From assembly GCF_003918875.1 (NCBI RefSeq), contig NW_025765237.1, positions 806,001 through 870,000 on the forward strand: DNA of 64,000 nt. Direction: 5' to 3'. Source of the stretch: Haliotis rubra (lineage: Eukaryota). Of this stretch, positions 60,038 to 64,000 are shown one piece after another; within the stretch, counting starts at the first letter, position 1; the number at the start of each line of letters is the position of its first letter. The notes under the pieces are model-generated. The model saw nothing but the letters and a program-made list of their open reading frames with translations, did not search any database and was not told the origin of the DNA. Position numbers and translations under genes: made by a program.

Positions 60038-60717
60038 GATTGAAAATCAGCACGCCTAAAGTCTTGCCTTCAACATCATCCCCCATAGTGTCTCAAACAT
60101 CACCCATCACATCTCAGGAAAATGCTCATCCCCATCCCCCTCAAGCCACCCCACAGGTTGTCCCCCAGGCTGCCTCGCAGGTGCCCCAAGGACACCCCCA
60201 GGGCCTGAATCTCACACCGCACTCCAGTATTTCACAGTCCCCCTCTCAACAAACAGGTAAATTTTTCATAAACACTGATCTCCCCTCTCCAGATCCACTA
60301 GACAATGTTCCCAGACCGTGCCTGTTCCTGGAACCGTTCCCATTATTTGACAAGTGTCGCAGCGCTGGGAACACGCCCACTTCCCCCTCTCCCTCTCCGA
60401 ATCCATCTCCTTCAGTCAGAAGGAGGCAGCTGTCGAGAAAAAACGAATACCGCCTGATTCTTCTCGTGTTCCTCATGAGAAATACTCAACTCTGCCCCGA
60501 TCGTACGGTCGGAGTAGTGTCCATGCTGCTGACTCGGCTGCTAAGTTACGTGATGACAGTTCCCGAGTAGGGGCAAAGACCCCGGTGTTTAATGGATCTC
60601 CTGCAATGACAAAAAGAAATATTAAAAGTCCAAAACCTGCAACTTCTCCGACCAAAGGAGACGCACGAAGTCTGAGTGTACCAGATGGGTCAAGGTCCAA
60701 GACATTGCCTTTACCAG
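60038..60717 (+). CDS. WDR47: Probable WDR47 Ser/Pro-rich linker exon with two possible donors (60256 and 60717)
   Basis: catgcag acceptor; LKISTPKVLPSTSSP...; donors ACAG|GTAAAT and CCAG|GTATAG; one missing A at ~60420 joins the two ORFs. Confidence 0.6.
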
Positions 60718-61014
60718 GTATAGATTGCTCCATGTCTGTCCGCATGAGAAGACGGGGTCAACTGACCCAACTAACTTTCAAGTTTCGCCAGAGAAGCGTG
60801 TGTTCGCTGTTGTTCATTGCTGTTTACTAAAGCATGGTATTTAATGTCTCGTCCCAATAACTGTATGTCTGTCAGGTCCAAGATACGATATCTGCAGAAG
60901 TTTAAACTTTTGCTGTTCTTTGGCCTCTGGATCTTTCAGCCTTTCTTCAGATGGCCAATGTTCTGAATCCAGACTTCATTTTGAAATAACCAACATTCTT
61001 GTTTGGTTTTGTGT

Positions 61015-61182
61015 GGAGCGATGGGGTAGCCTAGTGGTTAAAGCGTTGGCTCGTCACGCCGAAAACCGGGTTCGATTCCCACATGGGCCCAATGTGTGAA
61101 GCCCATTTCTGGTGTCCCCCGCTGTGATATTGCTGGAATATTGCTAAAAGCGGCATAAAACTAAACTCAGTCAGTCAGTCAG
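61015..61182 (+). mobile_element. SINE family A, full length
   Basis: tRNA-like head, family A body and tail. Confidence 0.9.
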
Positions 61183-62314
61183 TTTTGTTTTGTGGTATTT
61201 GACCCAATGTTAGCTATTGTTCAACTGACCATGTGGGTCAACTATTTTTGTGTTGTTCACATGACCATCATGTGATTCGTCAGGGAACCTGAGGACGTTT
61301 TTGTAATTATTGAGATTCTTCCTGTTCAAGGTTTTCACAGACTAATATGACAAACAGACTGAACAAAATAATTGTGGAGAAAACTGACATCAACAAAACC
61401 TTACATCTCTTTGGAGTTTTGCAGAATTTCACCTGTAGATGTGTCTTTCCTAGATGGCATAACTATGGTAACAGAAAGAAACAGACAGATGTACTGTGTT
61501 CAGAAACTGTTTCATGCCGGTTGATATATCTTTGTATGTTTTGCAATTTTCCTGGGCTAGTAAGATACTTTAGATGAATCACACTAAAGTTTGGGGTAAA
61601 AGATACGTTACTTTTTTATCTTCAAGCTACATCATCATGCTCTTGTGAGACCCAGATGCTCAATTTGGTTTGAGACTGGTGTAGTTTTTAGATGCTGTAT
61701 ATAGTTATTTGAGTAGGATGACTTGACTCAGATGATCTAGGATATATATTTCGTATCTCCCACAGGCTGGAGATACGAACAGCTGTTGTAGTGGTTGCCA
61801 ATCAGATCCCTTATCAAATATCTCCCTCCGTGTTCAGCCTCCGTTGGCATCCGATCATCACCTCCCACACAGTTCACCCATCTACCTTCTAGTGTATATC
61901 TCACCTTGTCTTTCTTTGTGCTCAATGTAGTATGTTTCTTGGTATCATCTGAAGTATTTAGCTTGATCAGTTTTTCCCCAATTTGTGATTGGAGTTTTAC
62001 TCCCAATAATAGCTTCTATTCTCTGATTAGTCAGTTAGCTTTTTGATGAACTGATGCTGGGTACCCTGGTGAGGAAGAAACACTCTTCTTTTCACAAGTG
62101 CCCAGTATAATCACTATTTGATAGTGATTCATAGGCTCATGCATAGGGTCAGATTTGTGGAGTGGACTCTGCATGTAGCGGCAATTTCTGACCATTATGG
62201 AAAGAGTTTTGTGTCTGTTATATATTACTTGTCCTGAGTTGATCAGTTTTACTTGTCCTGAGTTGATCCGTTTTACTTGTCCTGAGTTGATCAGTTTGAC
62301 TTCCTTTATTTCCT

Positions 62315-62477
62315 AGGAGTGGTGGGGTAGCCTAATGGTTAAAGCGTTGGCTCGTCACGCTGACGACCCGGGTTCGAATCCCCACATGGGCACAATGTGT
62401 GAAGCCCATTTATGTTGTCCCCCGCCGTGATATTGCTGGAATATTGCTAAAAGCGGCGTAAAACCCAACTCACTCAC
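62315..62477 (+). mobile_element. SINE family A, full length
   Basis: 13-bp TSD tcctttatttcct (62302-62314 / 62478-62490). Confidence 0.9.
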
Positions 62478-62875
62478 TCCTTTATTTCCTGCTTTTCCAT
62501 CATGTGCCAGTTTATGTCCTTAAATACCTGCTTTGTTCACCACGATTGGTTAGTCTGATCTTCTATATTACCTGCATGTCCCTGATTGGTTATTTTGATG
62601 TTCATAAATACCTGCTTTCTTTATTCTGATTGGTCTGATTTTCTGTAGTGCCTGATTAACCATGATTGGTCAATTTTGATTTTCCTAATATCTGCTTTAT
62701 TTATGTTTGGTCAGACTGAATTCCCTTATAAAGCTGCTTGCCCATGAATGGTCTGTTTGATTTTCATCAGTACTTGCTCTATTTATCCTGATTGGTCATT
62801 TTGATTTCCTTTGTGACAGGTCTATCCCTCATTTGCATGTGTTGTTCCATCCTCTTGATTTGTCAGTATGCATGG

Positions 62876-63181
62876 CGGGGCTTGATTTAGTGCTTTGTTA
62901 CTTGCACTGCTGCAACCCAATATTACAAAGTGCAACTTAGTTATTAGTCTTGTACCATTTGCAAGTTATTTTTTGAGAAATTAATCGACAATAAATCTAA
63001 CATAATAGGCATAATTATGTCAGCTCACTTTTCTTCTAACCTTTGAATAATTCAATAGCTTATTTCTTTCTTTACATATTGCAATAATATCAGTGCAACT
63101 GGAATTTGGCTGGTGCAACTAGGTTTTTATCTCAGGTTGCACCTGGTGCAAGTAGGTTAACATCTCTTAAATCGAGCCCTG
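62876..63181. mobile_element. hAT5-like MITE
   Basis: cggggcttgattta / taaatcgagccctg with 5-bp TSD catgg (62871-62875 / 63182-63186). Confidence 0.72.
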
Positions 63182-63839
63182 CATGGGTAACTTTGCGTTC
63201 TACGTACAGCAGTTGCTCTCGGTGTCTGTCTTCGGTTCCTACTGCCTGCCTTCAGTACACAACTCTTACTGTATTTTTAGTGTAATATTCCTTCACACTG
63301 ACAGGGGGCCTGCAAAATGTTCTTTCATACACTTGGTGCTATCCTCATACAACTAGCTATATATAGATTACATATTTCAAGAACCAAATTTATGACTGTG
63401 AACGCTGAAGTTCCTGTTACAGGTGGCGCCACGTGTTGTAATAGATCTGTGTAGTTTCTCTCTGCACACAGAAAAAAACATTGATTACCATCTCTCTGAA
63501 AGATTTTATGCAACATCCAGAATATTTTGTAAATATCTGAAGAGCTGTTTTCATTATCCTTTATCACCAATGACAATGATAAACAAGTTTTAAGCAATGA
63601 TAAACAAAATTGTTTGGAAGTTCATTTTTCAAATTAGATATCATTCCATAAACTTCATATAGATTCCTTGTTAAGTTGCATGTGTAAGAAAATAATAGCC
63701 ATACATTTCTATACTTTAGGAGCACACCTCAAAGGACTGCATGATCTGTTGAACACTGTTTATATAATTTTTGTCTATGTCAGCATTTCTCTGAGCTGTT
63801 TGTTGGTTCTGTGTTTGATCTCCAATACCTATTCACCAG

Positions 63840-63917
63840 CTCGGAACAAGGCCAAGGTCACTGCCAGTAAGACAGGTGCCCAGTCTAAAACCACCAAGCC
63901 TGCCCCAGTGGTAAAAG
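63840..63917 (+). CDS. WDR47: Probable 78-bp symmetric WDR47 exon (ARNKAKVTASKTGAQSKTTKPAPVVK)
   Basis: caccag acceptor, AAAG|GTATAA donor, phase 1-1, open frame. Confidence 0.55.
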
Positions 63918-64000
63918 GTATAATCACCCCATCATGTATATATGTAGAGGTGTGCTGGTTTGCTGAGACATGCGGCTTGAGTTGATTGCTGTGATTCTAA

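Noticed and set aside
62540-62810. Cluster of gattggt (reverse CCAAT) motifs as an NF-Y enhancer
   Set aside because: Spacing suggests a decayed tandem repeat in a CpG-poor intron, with no other promoter evidence.

Overview
Eukaryotic, invertebrate genomic DNA. The SINE families and a V-SINE core suggest a mollusc, possibly an abalone-like gastropod (inference). The left part is a cluster of five C2H2 poly-zinc-finger genes, each with one coding exon: three in tandem on the minus strand (1056-3952, 5270-8938, 14709-17988), one divergent on the plus strand (23568-26476) and an unrelated fifth (38600-41389). Two intronless orphan ORFs sit behind CRE-rich regions (34836-35519, 44685-45290), and the 5' part of WDR47 runs from 51721 to the window end. 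All five ZNF genes and WDR47 are broken by 1-2 bp indels, many in homopolymers, most likely assembly errors. Intergenic and intronic DNA holds three SINE families plus probable LINE 3' ends sharing one tail, many MITEs (Harbinger-, Mutator-, Kolobok-, hAT5/hAT6-, ISL2EU-like) and minisatellites. Top candidates for novelty: (1) a shared ~80-90 aa Cys-containing N-terminal domain in four ZNF paralogues that is not KRAB/SCAN/BTB/ZAD, coupled to a conserved CCHC-containing finger module; (2) the three tandem ZNF ORFs appear to lack promoters of their own and may be alternative terminal exons of one transcription unit; (3) a SINE family whose head is a covarying pseudoknotted RNA instead of a tRNA, a candidate self-cleaving ribozyme.
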